DNA from: a virus
IMG/VR virus record: IMGVR_UViG_3300029267_006021
Strand: one strand, 5' to 3'
DNA: 64,000 nucleotides
Positions 7,371 to 17,997 of this stretch are shown piece by piece; positions within the stretch are counted from its first letter, which is position 1, and each line of letters opens with the position of its first letter. The translations under genes were made by a program, and so were the position numbers. Below the pieces are notes generated by a model. That model worked only from the letters and a program-made list of their open reading frames with translations. It made no database searches and had not been told where the DNA came from.

Positions 7371-9848
7371 TCAAACCTTTCGGGGCGGTTTTAAACCCAC
7401 AATATCTTCGCAACCTTGTCTTAAAACACAAGTTGTTGTCCGGATTACATGAAATTTTTGAAGCCATTTATTTTTAAATCGTTTTAAAGATTGATAATAA
7501 CTCGTTATCCAATTTTCTGGATGAGCTCCTGATTCACGGTGCTCAACCGGCAATTGAATAGCATAATTTTTAAACCCTCTAGATAAAGATTCAAGACAAA
7601 TATCGGCACCATAGAGATGAGATTCTATAATACGTTCATCGAATTTTAAGCCTAAATCCTTACGAACAACTAAAAAACACTCGTCAACTGTCTGTGCTTC
7701 TCCCTCATTTTTACTCCAACGCCCTTCTGGAACTTTTAAACCTCCCATTATCTTACCCTCTTGCGTCCACCCAGCGACTCCTATTACCCCCCAATTAGAC
7801 GGGAGATCTTTTATTTTGGATTCAAGCTGTTTAAACCAACCTGGATAAAAATGTAAATCTTGATGACACAATATGACATATTTTGATTTAGCTTGTTGCA
7901 AGGAACGATTATAGGCCGAAGCAATTGACAATTTTTCGACTAAATTAAAAACAGGTAAAAATTCTAATTTTTGAGATAGCTCTCGATTTGGACGAACAAT
8001 ATTATCCATCCACATTTTAGGACGAGTAACACAAGTTACAATCGTAAATGTAGGCTTTGTAACTTTGGGTCCTAAATAAACTTTATGTCTAAAATCTGAT
8101 AAATAAAAATGTTGATCTGGAGAATAATTCCATTTTTTCTGCAAGTATTCAACATCCTTAGATCGTCCACCGCGTCTTATTTTCTTTGAAGTTGCGGCTT
8201 CTTCGTGTATCGCCACAGTACCAGAACTTACAACAGATTTCTTTTTAAGTCTATATGCAACACTGAGACAAAGATCTATGTCTTCATAACCATAATCATA
8301 ACCTGCCGGAAAACCACCAATTTCTTTAAAATCCTCCGAGCGCATTAATAAACAGGCCCCGGTAATAGCTTGAAATTGACGATCTACTTCAGCAAAATTG
8401 CGCAATTTTGGAGACATAAAAAAATGCGAAAGATTAACTGGAATTCTATTGTGTTGAAAAAGAACCCCAAGATGCTGCGGAGTTCCATTCGGATAATATA
8501 AACGTCCTCCCACAATTCCCACCTCTGGATCATTCCGCAGAATGTTAACCATTTCAGTAAGCCAATTCTTCTTTGGAATTACATCATTATTTAAGAATAA
8601 AACATAATCTCCAGAAGCATGCTCTCGAAAAATAGCGTTGTTTAATTCGCCAAAACTACCTAAATTATTTGCACGAGGCGTTATTGTAACTCGAGGGTCT
8701 TCAAGACGTTGTAAAACATCTACAGAATTATCAGTTGAACCATTATCACAAACATGCCAACGCCATTCTGGATAAGTCGTATTCTTACTAATTGCTTCAA
8801 AACACCTTTGTAATAGATCTGCTCGATTAAAGTTAAGAGTTATAATATCAACTAAACCAACGATTTTCTTTGAAAATACTGGTTCTAATTTAGTAGGCTT
8901 ATGAATAATCTTTTTATTAAAAACAATTGTAGGTTCTACCTCTGTAAAAATAGGCACTTGAGGTACAACTCTTTTTGCTGGAGCTGGTGGGGCAGCCCCT
9001 CTCAAACTAAAAGAAATCGAACCATCGATAACTTCTTTATTTATCTTTAAGATTCCCCCATTATGCTCTCTAAGTATACGAACACCAATAGCTTTGCCTG
9101 ATTCACCCTTATCTGAGGAAAGCGTAAGAATAAATTTTTTATTTTGGGCTTTAGTCGGAGATAATGGTAAAATTAATGGGAAGCCATTAGTCACTTGATT
9201 AGCAAATATCGTATTTTTGAAAAGAGAATGTCCTTGATCATCTGATAAATCTATAGATAAGGATCCCTCAATAGAACCATAATTATCTAGATCTAAAGAT
9301 AGACCATCAACAACCCCAAAATCCCCAATAAATTCTTGCTTAATAGCTGAACCTTTTAAAATCGGATAAGTATAAGAGGATCTGCTAGGATGTCCTATTT
9401 TTGGTATTCGACATTTACTTCTAAAAACAACAAATCCAGGTACAGGTTTATTATTTAAATAGCGTTGACCTTGAAAGAGTCTTGAACTCTTCCAAATAAC
9501 GACATTGTTGCTCTGAAAGGAAGCAGGAGCTTCAATTTCAAAAATAAAATCTCTACCTCGCGATTTCTGTAAAGGTTGAAATTCAAAAGGATGGTAAAGA
9601 TTATCTCGTATATTTGCTAAATGCTCAACCAAACGAACAATTTCATAGGCACTTCCTTGCTGCCGCAGTGTAAAAACAAGCTGTCCGACATTAGTGCGAT
9701 TATATGTTCCAAATTTAACTTCAATACAATTTAAATTATCCATCCGACAATGAAAAGTTTGTCCAATTTTGACTCCGGCTATAAGTTCTTCACATAAACT
9801 TTCAGAGCCCGAAATTTGACAATCGAGCATTGCTTTATAAGATGTCAT
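7371..9848 (-). CDS. Multidomain glycosyltransferase: two beta-rich N-terminal modules plus two GT-A (GT2-like) domains
   Basis: DNGSTD, LFLNNDV, YGYEDIDLC (GT2); second domain ILCHQD...VDECFL...HLYGADICL. Confidence 0.85.
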   Translation of the reverse strand: MTSYKAMLDCQISGSESLCEELIAGVKIGQTFHCRMDNLNCIEVKFGTYNRTNVGQLVFTLRQQGSAYEIVRLVEHLANIRDNLYHPFEFQPLQKSRGRDFIFEIEAPASFQSNNVVIWKSSRLFQGQRYLNNKPVPGFVVFRSKCRIPKIGHPSRSSYTYPILKGSAIKQEFIGDFGVVDGLSLDLDNYGSIEGSLSIDLSDDQGHSLFKNTIFANQVTNGFPLILPLSPTKAQNKKFILTLSSDKGESGKAIGVRILREHNGGILKINKEVIDGSISFSLRGAAPPAPAKRVVPQVPIFTEVEPTIVFNKKIIHKPTKLEPVFSKKIVGLVDIITLNFNRADLLQRCFEAISKNTTYPEWRWHVCDNGSTDNSVDVLQRLEDPRVTITPRANNLGSFGELNNAIFREHASGDYVLFLNNDVIPKKNWLTEMVNILRNDPEVGIVGGRLYYPNGTPQHLGVLFQHNRIPVNLSHFFMSPKLRNFAEVDRQFQAITGACLLMRSEDFKEIGGFPAGYDYGYEDIDLCLSVAYRLKKKSVVSSGTVAIHEEAATSKKIRRGGRSKDVEYLQKKWNYSPDQHFYLSDFRHKVYLGPKVTKPTFTIVTCVTRPKMWMDNIVRPNRELSQKLEFLPVFNLVEKLSIASAYNRSLQQAKSKYVILCHQDLHFYPGWFKQLESKIKDLPSNWGVIGVAGWTQEGKIMGGLKVPEGRWSKNEGEAQTVDECFLVVRKDLGLKFDERIIESHLYGADICLESLSRGFKNYAIQLPVEHRESGAHPENWITSYYQSLKRFKNKWLQKFHVIRTTTCVLRQGCEDIVGLKPPRKV

Positions 9849-10065
9849 CTAGTCAATCCGTTTATACTGGCAAAAAATCACTGACCTATTTTGCTTTTTA
9901 ACTAACTCAGGAAATTCCTTCTGGGCCATCCTCCTCATTTCCTTCCTAAACAAAGAGATTTCTTCTTTCGTGAAGTTTTTTGATTAGCAAATAAATTTTA
10001 GTCTTCACAGATATTTACCAACTAATCCAATTGATTATACAAAATTAGTTAATTATGTACTGATG

Positions 10066-10809
10066 TTATTTCTTTTTATTTGGTGGGATTTTTGAAACCT
10101 CAACTTTACCCTCTTTTAAATTTTTATCAACATAAGTATCAAAATCTTGGCCTAAAATATCTTCAGGTTTTGTTTCTTTCTTTGCGGAAGGATTTTTTTC
10201 TTTTGGAGAGAGAGAGGATATGTGTTTGTCAATATGCTTTTTTAAGGTTTTATCTATAACAGCAAGACGCATAAGAGTATTAACATTTTTAATTTTTAGC
10301 ATTTCTTTTTTGCGTGTTGCCCAATGCTGATTAAGATCCCAACTTTTAATTAAATCAGCATCATCAACATTAGACATATTTTTCAGTTGTTCAAACTGAA
10401 TTGAATGATCTTCATCTTCTCGATCTTCAAAGCCAATCTTTGGTTTTTTAGAATCTTTGGTTTTCTTTTGTTTAGACTCATCAACAGCTTTTGAATCTTC
10501 TTCATAAACTATTTGTTCAAATTCTTTTTTCTTCGTTTTTGCTTCAGATTTCTTAACTCCTTCAATTGGACGAGATTCCTCTACTCCTTCATAATCAATA
10601 CGAGAATCTGCTGATTCAGAAAGATCCTCCATAGCAACAAGCCAACCTCTTTTAATCGCACCAACAAGAGGACTTGGTCGCACATTCTGTTCAACATTAC
10701 CAAATTTGACCTTACCTGCATCTTTATCGAAGAATAAAATAGAATCTTTAACTAGATCGCAGGAAAGTTCGCCAAAATGAAAACTCTGCTTTACGATGTA
10801 CTGTTTCAT
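10066..10809 (-). CDS. Hypothetical charged protein, possibly virion-associated
   Basis: AAGGA RBS before MKQYIV at 10809; preceded by the motif at 10854-10866. Confidence 0.65.
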   Translation of the reverse strand: MKQYIVKQSFHFGELSCDLVKDSILFFDKDAGKVKFGNVEQNVRPSPLVGAIKRGWLVAMEDLSESADSRIDYEGVEESRPIEGVKKSEAKTKKKEFEQIVYEEDSKAVDESKQKKTKDSKKPKIGFEDREDEDHSIQFEQLKNMSNVDDADLIKSWDLNQHWATRKKEMLKIKNVNTLMRLAVIDKTLKKHIDKHISSLSPKEKNPSAKKETKPEDILGQDFDTYVDKNLKEGKVEVSKIPPNKKK

Positions 10810-10853
10810 GGAAGGTCCTTTCAATCTAAATTTAAATCTAATTAACAAAACGC

Positions 10854-10905
10854 ATTAGTGAACTATAGACAAAAAAACAAAAACTTGATGAAATAGTTTA
10901 CTAAT
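10854..10905. promoter_or_regulatory. Divergent pair of candidate late-promoter motifs (ATAGTTCACTAAT on -, ATAGTTTACTAAT on +)
   Basis: Copies at 10854-10866 (-) and 10893-10905 (+), each pointing to its own downstream gene. Confidence 0.6.
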
Positions 10906-10955
10906 ATCAAGATTTGAGTGTTAACCAGGAATTGAGTATCTTTCAGGAGACAGTC

Positions 10956-11468
10956 ATGCCGTTTTACTACAACACTGGGACGGACAATTTTTCAGGTTTA
11001 ACTGTGGGGTCAGTCTTTGTTAAGGACCTTGGCGAGCGTACGCATAAGGTTCATGGCCCACAAAGAATGACGCCCAATCCAAACTTTGGGTCAAAAAGTG
11101 CTACTTTGATGGCAACCCTAACTGCCCCAGCAGGCTACACTTATTCAATTGGGGCCGACGGATTTATCCGCCTCACAAGGGATGCTGACGGCTTTCTAAT
11201 GAGTTATTACTCAATTACACCGATGGATGTAGCCAACGGGTATATTGCTTATAAAAAGCCGGTGCTGGGCTGGGATGCCACAGCAAACAGATGGGTAATG
11301 TTGTGGCAACCAACGAATATCGGACAAAATAGATACTTTCCTCACCCGCAGACTGGAAATGTTCCAGTAGTTGTTTGGGTTGACCCTACTGGAGACCAGA
11401 TCAGAAGTCATAATACAGGACAAATACATGACTTCATCGCTCGCGGCATACTCGTACTAACCGTTTAA
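10956..11468 (+). CDS. Hypothetical protein, probably virion structural
   Basis: AGGAG RBS before ATG at 10956 (MPFYYN); motif upstream; terminator downstream. Confidence 0.7.
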   Translation: MPFYYNTGTDNFSGLTVGSVFVKDLGERTHKVHGPQRMTPNPNFGSKSATLMATLTAPAGYTYSIGADGFIRLTRDADGFLMSYYSITPMDVANGYIAYKKPVLGWDATANRWVMLWQPTNIGQNRYFPHPQTGNVPVVVWVDPTGDQIRSHNTGQIHDFIARGILVLTV

Positions 11469-11469
11469 C

Positions 11470-11508
11470 AAAAAATAAGCCCATGATTAAATCATGGGCT
11501 TATTTTTT
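11470..11508. terminator. Bidirectional rho-independent terminator
   Basis: aaaaaataagcccatgat-taa-atcatgggcttatttttt perfect inverted repeat between convergent genes. Confidence 0.85.
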
Positions 11509-11512
11509 CTAA

Positions 11513-11737
11513 TTAGCTCCAAACATCAAGCCGCTTTTTAGCCAAAGTCAGAAGATGATCAGCCTTTTTCATTCTCTCAATAGAAATTTCTCTCTGTTCT
11601 TCGTTTAAATCCTGCGCTAAATGCGATTCAAGAGATAGAAAAGAAACCGCACTAGCAATGAACAAAATAAGATCCCCTAGCCCCATAAATTCAATTTCTT
11701 CCTCAGTTGTTTCAAAAACAATTGGGCGTTCTTCCAT
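11513..11737 (-). CDS. Hypothetical protein
   Basis: AAAGGAA RBS before MEERP at 11737; last gene of the glycan operon. Confidence 0.55.
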   Translation of the reverse strand: MEERPIVFETTEEEIEFMGLGDLILFIASAVSFLSLESHLAQDLNEEQREISIERMKKADHLLTLAKKRLDVWS

Positions 11738-11748
11738 TTGAATTCCTT

Positions 11749-12513
11749 TCAAATTTGGGACGTAGACCAAGACCATGTTTTTACATAGTCTTTCAATTGC
11801 TCAGCAGACATTCGACGAATTTTATAATACTCCTGCTCGTTTAACTTTGAAAGATTATTCTCAACGCTATTATAATGGCGAGGATGAGACAAATGATATA
11901 AATGTCCAGAAGTCCTTATAATTTTAAAACCTAATTTTTTAAAACGTATCAAACGTTCATTATCTTCATAACCCCAAGATCTAAAATTCTCATTCTCCAT
12001 CCCGCCTTGGTAAAAAGCCTTTTTGCTCCAAAAAAAGGCTCCTCCAACAGCACGTGGATTAGTACAATGACATTGACCATCCCTAATTGAATTTAAACTA
12101 AGTTCCGCTCGAATCGTAGGATGAAACTTTTCAGGAACATCTAAGCATCTGCCAGCATAAGGTAAAACACCTGAAGACTGTCCTGACACAAGAGAACCTA
12201 CTGCTTCTGTATACTGACGAAGAGGAAGTAAAATATCAGCATCATAATTAACGATAATGGGAGTCTGTGAAAGTTTTGCCAAATTATTTAAAATTCTAGT
12301 ACGATGAAACCATTTATTTTCAGAAGGGAAGTGATAAACTTTACAATTCTTACCAAAATCTTCTAAGGTAAATATTGGAGATTCTTCTCCAATTAAAATA
12401 TTAGTCTTAAAATATTTCTGAAGATAGTCTACAACAAGATCTAAACAAGATCTTCGCTTTGGCGAATCAACACGAATTGGAATAGTAAACGTTGTATTAC
12501 TTAAATCAATCAT
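11749..12513 (-). CDS. Glycosyltransferase, GT2/GT7-C (galactosyltransferase-like)
   Basis: NYDAD DxD motif; GGMENENFRSWGYEDNE; LYHLSH. Confidence 0.85.
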   Translation of the reverse strand: MIDLSNTTFTIPIRVDSPKRRSCLDLVVDYLQKYFKTNILIGEESPIFTLEDFGKNCKVYHFPSENKWFHRTRILNNLAKLSQTPIIVNYDADILLPLRQYTEAVGSLVSGQSSGVLPYAGRCLDVPEKFHPTIRAELSLNSIRDGQCHCTNPRAVGGAFFWSKKAFYQGGMENENFRSWGYEDNERLIRFKKLGFKIIRTSGHLYHLSHPRHYNSVENNLSKLNEQEYYKIRRMSAEQLKDYVKTWSWSTSQI

Positions 12514-13511
12514 TTCGTCTCTAAAAATTTCTCAACAAAAGATAAAATAATCTTTGAAGGGGGCTCCTCAGATAGATAAAATGACTGGTCTCTAACTGGA
12601 GCCGAAGATAATAACCAAGAAGAATCTGTTATTGAAAATTGACATCTCTTAGCAAAATTAAATACAAAGGTATCTTGCCACTCCGCCAAAGAACGAAAAA
12701 CTAAAGTAGACTTTCCAAAAAAAGGAGAGATCTTCTGCAGACTACCAGAATCCGTTAAAACAAAGGAACACCTAGAAAGATAATCAATCATCTGGGTATA
12801 AGAACAAGGCTCCAATTTCTGGATATTACTCGGCAAACTCATTTTTCGAACTAAACTATCAATACGATGGTGCACGAAAAACTTTATTGGAATTAAAATA
12901 CGGCTACAAAATTGAATAATTTTTTCTAGCTGTTTAATATTACAATTCTCTTGACGATGTATTGTCATTACGCCAAACTCTTCAAAACTAATTTTTGGAT
13001 CAAGTTTATTCAAATATTCATACTCAAGGTCCCCACAAAAAATACCATTGGATACTTGTTTTAGTGCCCTCTCAGAGGAACAAAATTTTAAGGAAGAAAC
13101 GCTATCAACAAAAAGACGATTAATTTCTTCAGGCACTAAGGAATCTCCACATCTTTCCCCTGCCTCTATATGAGCAACAGGTATACCTCTTTTATAAGAA
13201 GCGAGTGCGGCACAAAAAGTAGAATTTGTATCACCAAAAGTCATAACAATATTTGGATTCATTAAAGACAAAAAAGTATTGATCTTTAAAAGACATTCAG
13301 ATATAAAATTCAATTCAGAATAATTTGTTAAATCTAACGTAAAATCGATCTCTAAACCTAAATCTTTAATAATCTGAGAAGAAACATTCGGAGAAAAATG
13401 TTGATAAGTGTCTACAATCTGATGATCGACTCTTAATCTTTTACATAGATCATAAAACGGCTTAATTTTTATATATTGGGGTCGGGTTCCTATAATACTT
13501 AAAATTTTCAT
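12510..13511 (-). CDS. wecB: UDP-N-acetylglucosamine 2-epimerase family protein (WecB/WbpI-like)
   Basis: GTRPQYIK, GDTNST, HIEAG, PEEINR, TIHR and TDSG motifs; RPQ is more WbpI/WlbD-like than the RPE of WecB. Confidence 0.85.
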   Translation of the reverse strand: MKILSIIGTRPQYIKIKPFYDLCKRLRVDHQIVDTYQHFSPNVSSQIIKDLGLEIDFTLDLTNYSELNFISECLLKINTFLSLMNPNIVMTFGDTNSTFCAALASYKRGIPVAHIEAGERCGDSLVPEEINRLFVDSVSSLKFCSSERALKQVSNGIFCGDLEYEYLNKLDPKISFEEFGVMTIHRQENCNIKQLEKIIQFCSRILIPIKFFVHHRIDSLVRKMSLPSNIQKLEPCSYTQMIDYLSRCSFVLTDSGSLQKISPFFGKSTLVFRSLAEWQDTFVFNFAKRCQFSITDSSWLLSSAPVRDQSFYLSEEPPSKIILSFVEKFLETK

Positions 13512-14623
13512 TTTTCTAAAGCTTTCTTTACAGAATCAACAACATAATTAACTTCAGTATCTGATAACTTTGGATATAAAGGAAGAGATATTGTAGATGC
13601 CCCAATTCGTTCAGTCTCCGGAAAAGCTTCTTCTTTTTGTTGGAATAAATCTCTAAATTTACGCAACAAATGTAAAGGCTCATAATTAATAGTAAAGCCT
13701 ATACCAAAAGATCTAAGATTTTCCATTATCTTCTCTCGCTTATTTGGGTCAACCCAAATTGTTGAAAGATGATAACCGCTCTGAGAATTTGGATAAATTT
13801 TTGGCATTATTGTTGAAAAATGTTTATGATATTCAATATCAATTTCTTTTCGTCTTCTCCAATGTTTTTCAATTTTAGACATCTGAGGCAAAAGTAAAGC
13901 GGCTTGTATATTTGACATGTTATATTTCCACCCTAATTCAACTAAATCCCAATGACTAATTTTATGAGCATATCTTAAAGAAACTTCCTTATCAATCCCA
14001 TGCGTGTGTAAAAGTCGGACTTTATCTATTATATCTGAACGATTAGATATAAGAGATCCTCCCTCACCACAAGTTAAACTCTTCGTTGCATAAAAACTAA
14101 AACAAGATGCATCACTCAATTCACCTACCCTGATCCCATCACGTGAGGCTTCTAAAGCATGAGCTGCATCTTCTATGACAATTAAATTATAATTATCAGC
14201 AATTTTTCGAATTGCTCTCATATCACACATCTGTCCATACAAATGAACAGGCAAAATAGCTTTTGTTTTAGGAGTAATCGCTGCTTCAATTAAATTTGCA
14301 TCGAGATTTCCAGTATCTCTTTCAACATCAACCCAAACAGGCTTTGCCCCAATATGTACTAAAATTAGAGAAGTAGCAACAAAGGTTAAAGGCGTTGTTA
14401 TAACCTCATCTCCTTCTTTAATACCTGCAGCTAAAAGAGCCAAATGAAGAGCCCCAGTACAATGAGATAGACCAACGCAGTAGTCTACAGATAAATAATT
14501 GGCGAACTCTTGCTCAAATTGTGTAACCAAAGAACCTGTTGTTAAAAATTCCGAATCTAAAGCAGAACAAACAGATTCTTTTTCTTCTATATCTAAATTG
14601 TGTTTAAAAAATTCTACTTTCAA
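13508..14623 (-). CDS. DegT/DnrJ/EryC1/StrS sugar aminotransferase
   Basis: PVHLYG, EDAAHA, SFYATKSLTCGEGG (PLP lysine). Confidence 0.92.
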   Translation of the reverse strand: MKVEFFKHNLDIEEKESVCSALDSEFLTTGSLVTQFEQEFANYLSVDYCVGLSHCTGALHLALLAAGIKEGDEVITTPLTFVATSLILVHIGAKPVWVDVERDTGNLDANLIEAAITPKTKAILPVHLYGQMCDMRAIRKIADNYNLIVIEDAAHALEASRDGIRVGELSDASCFSFYATKSLTCGEGGSLISNRSDIIDKVRLLHTHGIDKEVSLRYAHKISHWDLVELGWKYNMSNIQAALLLPQMSKIEKHWRRRKEIDIEYHKHFSTIMPKIYPNSQSGYHLSTIWVDPNKREKIMENLRSFGIGFTINYEPLHLLRKFRDLFQQKEEAFPETERIGASTISLPLYPKLSDTEVNYVVDSVKKALEK

Positions 14624-15648
14624 TGGAGAATTACCTTTCCATCTGGGAGTTTAATAGGAACCTCACGCATCCATCTTAGAGGTTCCCACCATTCACGGTT
14701 TGCCGCATACCATTTAATTGTTTTTTGCAAACCTTCTTTAAATGGAGTCTTTGCCTTCCAGGACCATTGCTTAAAAACTTTTTCAGTGGAAGCAATATGC
14801 CTAGTTACCTGTCCTGGACGATCATAAATGTACTCGATTAAATCTGAAGATTTTTCTAAGGACGATAAAATAAAATTGGCAATAAAGTTCAAATCATAAT
14901 CTTTACCTGAACCTGCATTAAAACATTGGCCAAATAAATTTTCACTTGATCTTAGGATAGTATCCAAAATTTCACAATGGTCATGAACAAAAATCCAATC
15001 TCGTGAAGCTGTCCCGTCTCCGTGGATTTTCAAAGGCTCGTTTAAAAGAGCGTTCGTTATGAAACGAGGTATTACTTTTTCCAAATGCTGGTTTGGGCCA
15101 TAATTATTAAAAGGTCTAACAATAATGGCAGGTATATTATAAGTCTTCCAATAAGAATAAACTAATCTATCAGCTCCGGCTTTTGCACTAGCATATGGGC
15201 TCATAGGTAAAAGTGGATGTTCTTCAGTCATCGGATCTTCTACCGCTGTACCGTAAACTTCTGACGTTGAAATATGTATAAACTTTTTTACTTTTGGATT
15301 TTTTAAAATAGCGCTACAAAGCGTTTGTGTTCCTAGAACATCTGTCTCAAAAAAGATACGATTATCAAAGATAGAGCGAGCAACATGACTTTCAGCAGCA
15401 AAATGAACGATGTAGTCAGAACGATCTACTAATGGGTTAACAATCTCAGGATTACAAATATTTCCATACCAAAACTCAAAACGATCAGAATCTAAAAGAG
15501 ATTTACTAAAATTCTGGAGATTACCTGCATAAGTCAAAAGATCTAGAACTATCAAACGGCATTGAGGATATTTATTAAAAAGAAACTTTACAAAATTGCT
15601 TCCAATAAATCCTGCCCCACCTGTAATTAAAATAGTAATCTGATCCAT
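14620..15648 (-). CDS. rfbB: dTDP-glucose 4,6-dehydratase-like extended SDR
   Basis: GGAGFIG, DLLTYAGN, HFAAESHV, STSEVYG, YASAK, NNYGPNQHLEK; start at 15648 with GGAGG RBS. Confidence 0.85.
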   Translation of the reverse strand: MDQITILITGGAGFIGSNFVKFLFNKYPQCRLIVLDLLTYAGNLQNFSKSLLDSDRFEFWYGNICNPEIVNPLVDRSDYIVHFAAESHVARSIFDNRIFFETDVLGTQTLCSAILKNPKVKKFIHISTSEVYGTAVEDPMTEEHPLLPMSPYASAKAGADRLVYSYWKTYNIPAIIVRPFNNYGPNQHLEKVIPRFITNALLNEPLKIHGDGTASRDWIFVHDHCEILDTILRSSENLFGQCFNAGSGKDYDLNFIANFILSSLEKSSDLIEYIYDRPGQVTRHIASTEKVFKQWSWKAKTPFKEGLQKTIKWYAANREWWEPLRWMREVPIKLPDGKVILH

Positions 15649-16568
15649 CAGTCCCTCCAAACAGCTATACCAAAACCTGACGCCCCATAACCATTCCCAT
15701 TATATAAAAGATATTTTCTAGAATCATGTTTAAAAACACAAGGGAAACAAACTGATTCTGAATCCCAACCATCTGCAGAAATACTCAAGCCAATAAATTT
15801 ATCTTTTCGTTGCCAACTTAAACCATCCAAAGACTCGGCATAACCTATTCGAAATGTTTGAGCTTCTTTTGAAGCACGATAAGAGTACCACATTTTATAG
15901 AGATTATCTTCTTTTAGAACACATGGACGGCCTATAGAATACTCAATATTGGAATTGAAATCTATACAAATATGTCCAGACCTTTCCCACTCAAGCCCAT
16001 CAGAAGATTCTGCATATTTAATATGATAATAATGTTTAGGCTTATTATGCTCGACTACCCATTTAACTCCAGAACTATACCACATTCGAAAATAATTGTC
16101 TTCTTGGAGGACCCAACAAGTCCCGGCTAAAAATGGATCAATTTTATTACGACCTAAAATAGGAGATTTGGAGAGGCGAGAAAAGATAGATTCATCATTT
16201 TGGTTTGCTGCTACACCAAGAAAAGAGTACATTGGAACTGTTTTTCCTAAACTCCAACCAACATAATATAGGTATTTAACGCCACCAAAACTTAAAATCT
16301 GACAAGGAAAAAGACCGCTATCATCAAAAGTCCCTAAATCTCCTAAACTTAAAACAGGCCTCTGATCAACATCAATAATAACTTGTTTATTTAGATTAAA
16401 TTTTAAACGCCCAATTTGAGACCTATTTAAGGCATCTCGAGCAGCAAAATAAATATGGAAAAGATCTGTCCCAATATGCTCAACGCAGGGCATTGCAGCA
16501 TGCGAGCAAAGCCAATCCAAATTTGCATCTTTTGGATTAAAAATTAACCCTTTTTTAAGCCATGGCAT
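15648..16568 (-). CDS. Five-bladed beta-propeller glycosidase-like protein (GH32/43/130-like)
   Basis: Repeated YAESxDGLxW and P-x-V blade motifs; typical of sugar-nucleotide loci. Confidence 0.7.
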   Translation of the reverse strand: MPWLKKGLIFNPKDANLDWLCSHAAMPCVEHIGTDLFHIYFAARDALNRSQIGRLKFNLNKQVIIDVDQRPVLSLGDLGTFDDSGLFPCQILSFGGVKYLYYVGWSLGKTVPMYSFLGVAANQNDESIFSRLSKSPILGRNKIDPFLAGTCWVLQEDNYFRMWYSSGVKWVVEHNKPKHYYHIKYAESSDGLEWERSGHICIDFNSNIEYSIGRPCVLKEDNLYKMWYSYRASKEAQTFRIGYAESLDGLSWQRKDKFIGLSISADGWDSESVCFPCVFKHDSRKYLLYNGNGYGASGFGIAVWRD

Positions 16569-17292
16569 TTCTTTTTGCCTGAATTAAAATACTAGTACAA
16601 AGTTCTGGATAATGGATTCCCTCTTTAAAAAGACCTGTTATGATCGAATTTGATAAATTCAAAGACTCAATTTGTTTAGTTGCAAAGGGCTTTAAATAAA
16701 TCCCCTCAACTGAATTAACATAATAACCACAAGCAGACACTAAAGAATTTAAAGAATTAACTGAAAAAAGGCGCTTATGTCCTACAGAAAGATCTGCTTC
16801 ACTTAAATCAGACAAATTTTTAATAAGCCCGGCATGTAAACCTAAACGCTTATTTAAAGCCTCAAAATTAGGAACAATAATAAATAAAGAACCGTCAGGC
16901 ACTAAATGCTTTCTAAATCTCTTTAATATAACTTCAGGATCTTGTACATGCTCTAAAATAAAACCCATCATAATAACATCAAAATAATCACTTGATTCAT
17001 ACTCCTCAAAAAGAGTATGAATTATCTTAGTATCTCCAATGGCTTTCTCTTTAAATTTATCAATTGCTTTTTTTGATCCCTCTATAATAACATGTTTAGA
17101 AAAATGTTTAGAGAATTTTAAAGAAGAGTCTCCATAACCAATACCTAATTCTAATACTGATAATTCTTCGGGGTTCTTTAACTGTGTTATAATTCTATCT
17201 GTGTACCAGTTTATAACTAATTTGGTTTCATCAGCATAAGGAAATGCTTCATAATTTGTATAGAAAGCATCAAGACTATCAAATAAAGACAT
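16555..17292 (-). CDS. Class I SAM-dependent methyltransferase
   Basis: VLELGIGYG, FILEHV, IIVPN. Confidence 0.85.
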   Translation of the reverse strand: MSLFDSLDAFYTNYEAFPYADETKLVINWYTDRIITQLKNPEELSVLELGIGYGDSSLKFSKHFSKHVIIEGSKKAIDKFKEKAIGDTKIIHTLFEEYESSDYFDVIMMGFILEHVQDPEVILKRFRKHLVPDGSLFIIVPNFEALNKRLGLHAGLIKNLSDLSEADLSVGHKRLFSVNSLNSLVSACGYYVNSVEGIYLKPFATKQIESLNLSNSIITGLFKEGIHYPELCTSILIQAKRNAMA

Positions 17293-17319
17293 AACAAACC
17301 TCTATTTTATTTTTACTAC

Positions 17320-17985
17320 CTAAAGCTTCATAAATCTACTAAATTGTTCTGAATCTAAACGAAAAGGTTTTGTGGGTTCCGTAACAAACACTTGTTTATC
17401 TGTTGTATCATTTAAAATAACTGTTTGTGAGCCAATAATGCATTCGTTTCCTATTTTTAAAGCATTACGAATGAAAGAATTGCCTCCTATAAAACAATTA
17501 TTTCCAATTTTGACATCTCCGCAAACAACAACATGTGACGAGAAAAAACAAAAATTTCCGATCTCAACATCATGGCCAAAATGACAACCGCTCCAAATAA
17601 CTGTGCCGACTCCAATCTGCATAAAAGGTTGTAAATTATTATCTTCTAGAATAAAAGAATTTTCTCCAATTTGAGTATCTCCCCAATGAGTTGCTTTTGA
17701 ACTCAGATATTTTGCAAACTTATATCCTTTTTCCTTTGCTTCAAGATATTTTGATTCACGTATAGAATTCAACTTTGAATAACCAATCGCTACAAACATC
17801 TCAAAAGATGAAGGTGGGGCATACCTCTCAATTTCGTCGAAAGGGATAACAGGTAGACCACAAAAATGACTTTCTTGTGGTTGGTCCTCTGTGAAACAAG
17901 TAATCGCATAAGAAGAATCTTTGATAAAATAAAAATGAGCTAATTGCGCAAATTTAGAAGTACCAAAAATAATAAGATTAGGCAT
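17320..17985 (-). CDS. NeuD/PglD/VioB-family sugar acetyltransferase
   Basis: N-terminal Rossmann-like part (FVAIGY...R) followed by hexapeptide repeats with GHD. Confidence 0.85.
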   Translation of the reverse strand: MPNLIIFGTSKFAQLAHFYFIKDSSYAITCFTEDQPQESHFCGLPVIPFDEIERYAPPSSFEMFVAIGYSKLNSIRESKYLEAKEKGYKFAKYLSSKATHWGDTQIGENSFILEDNNLQPFMQIGVGTVIWSGCHFGHDVEIGNFCFFSSHVVVCGDVKIGNNCFIGGNSFIRNALKIGNECIIGSQTVILNDTTDKQVFVTEPTKPFRLDSEQFSRFMKL

Positions 17986-17997
17986 TACTATCTCCTT

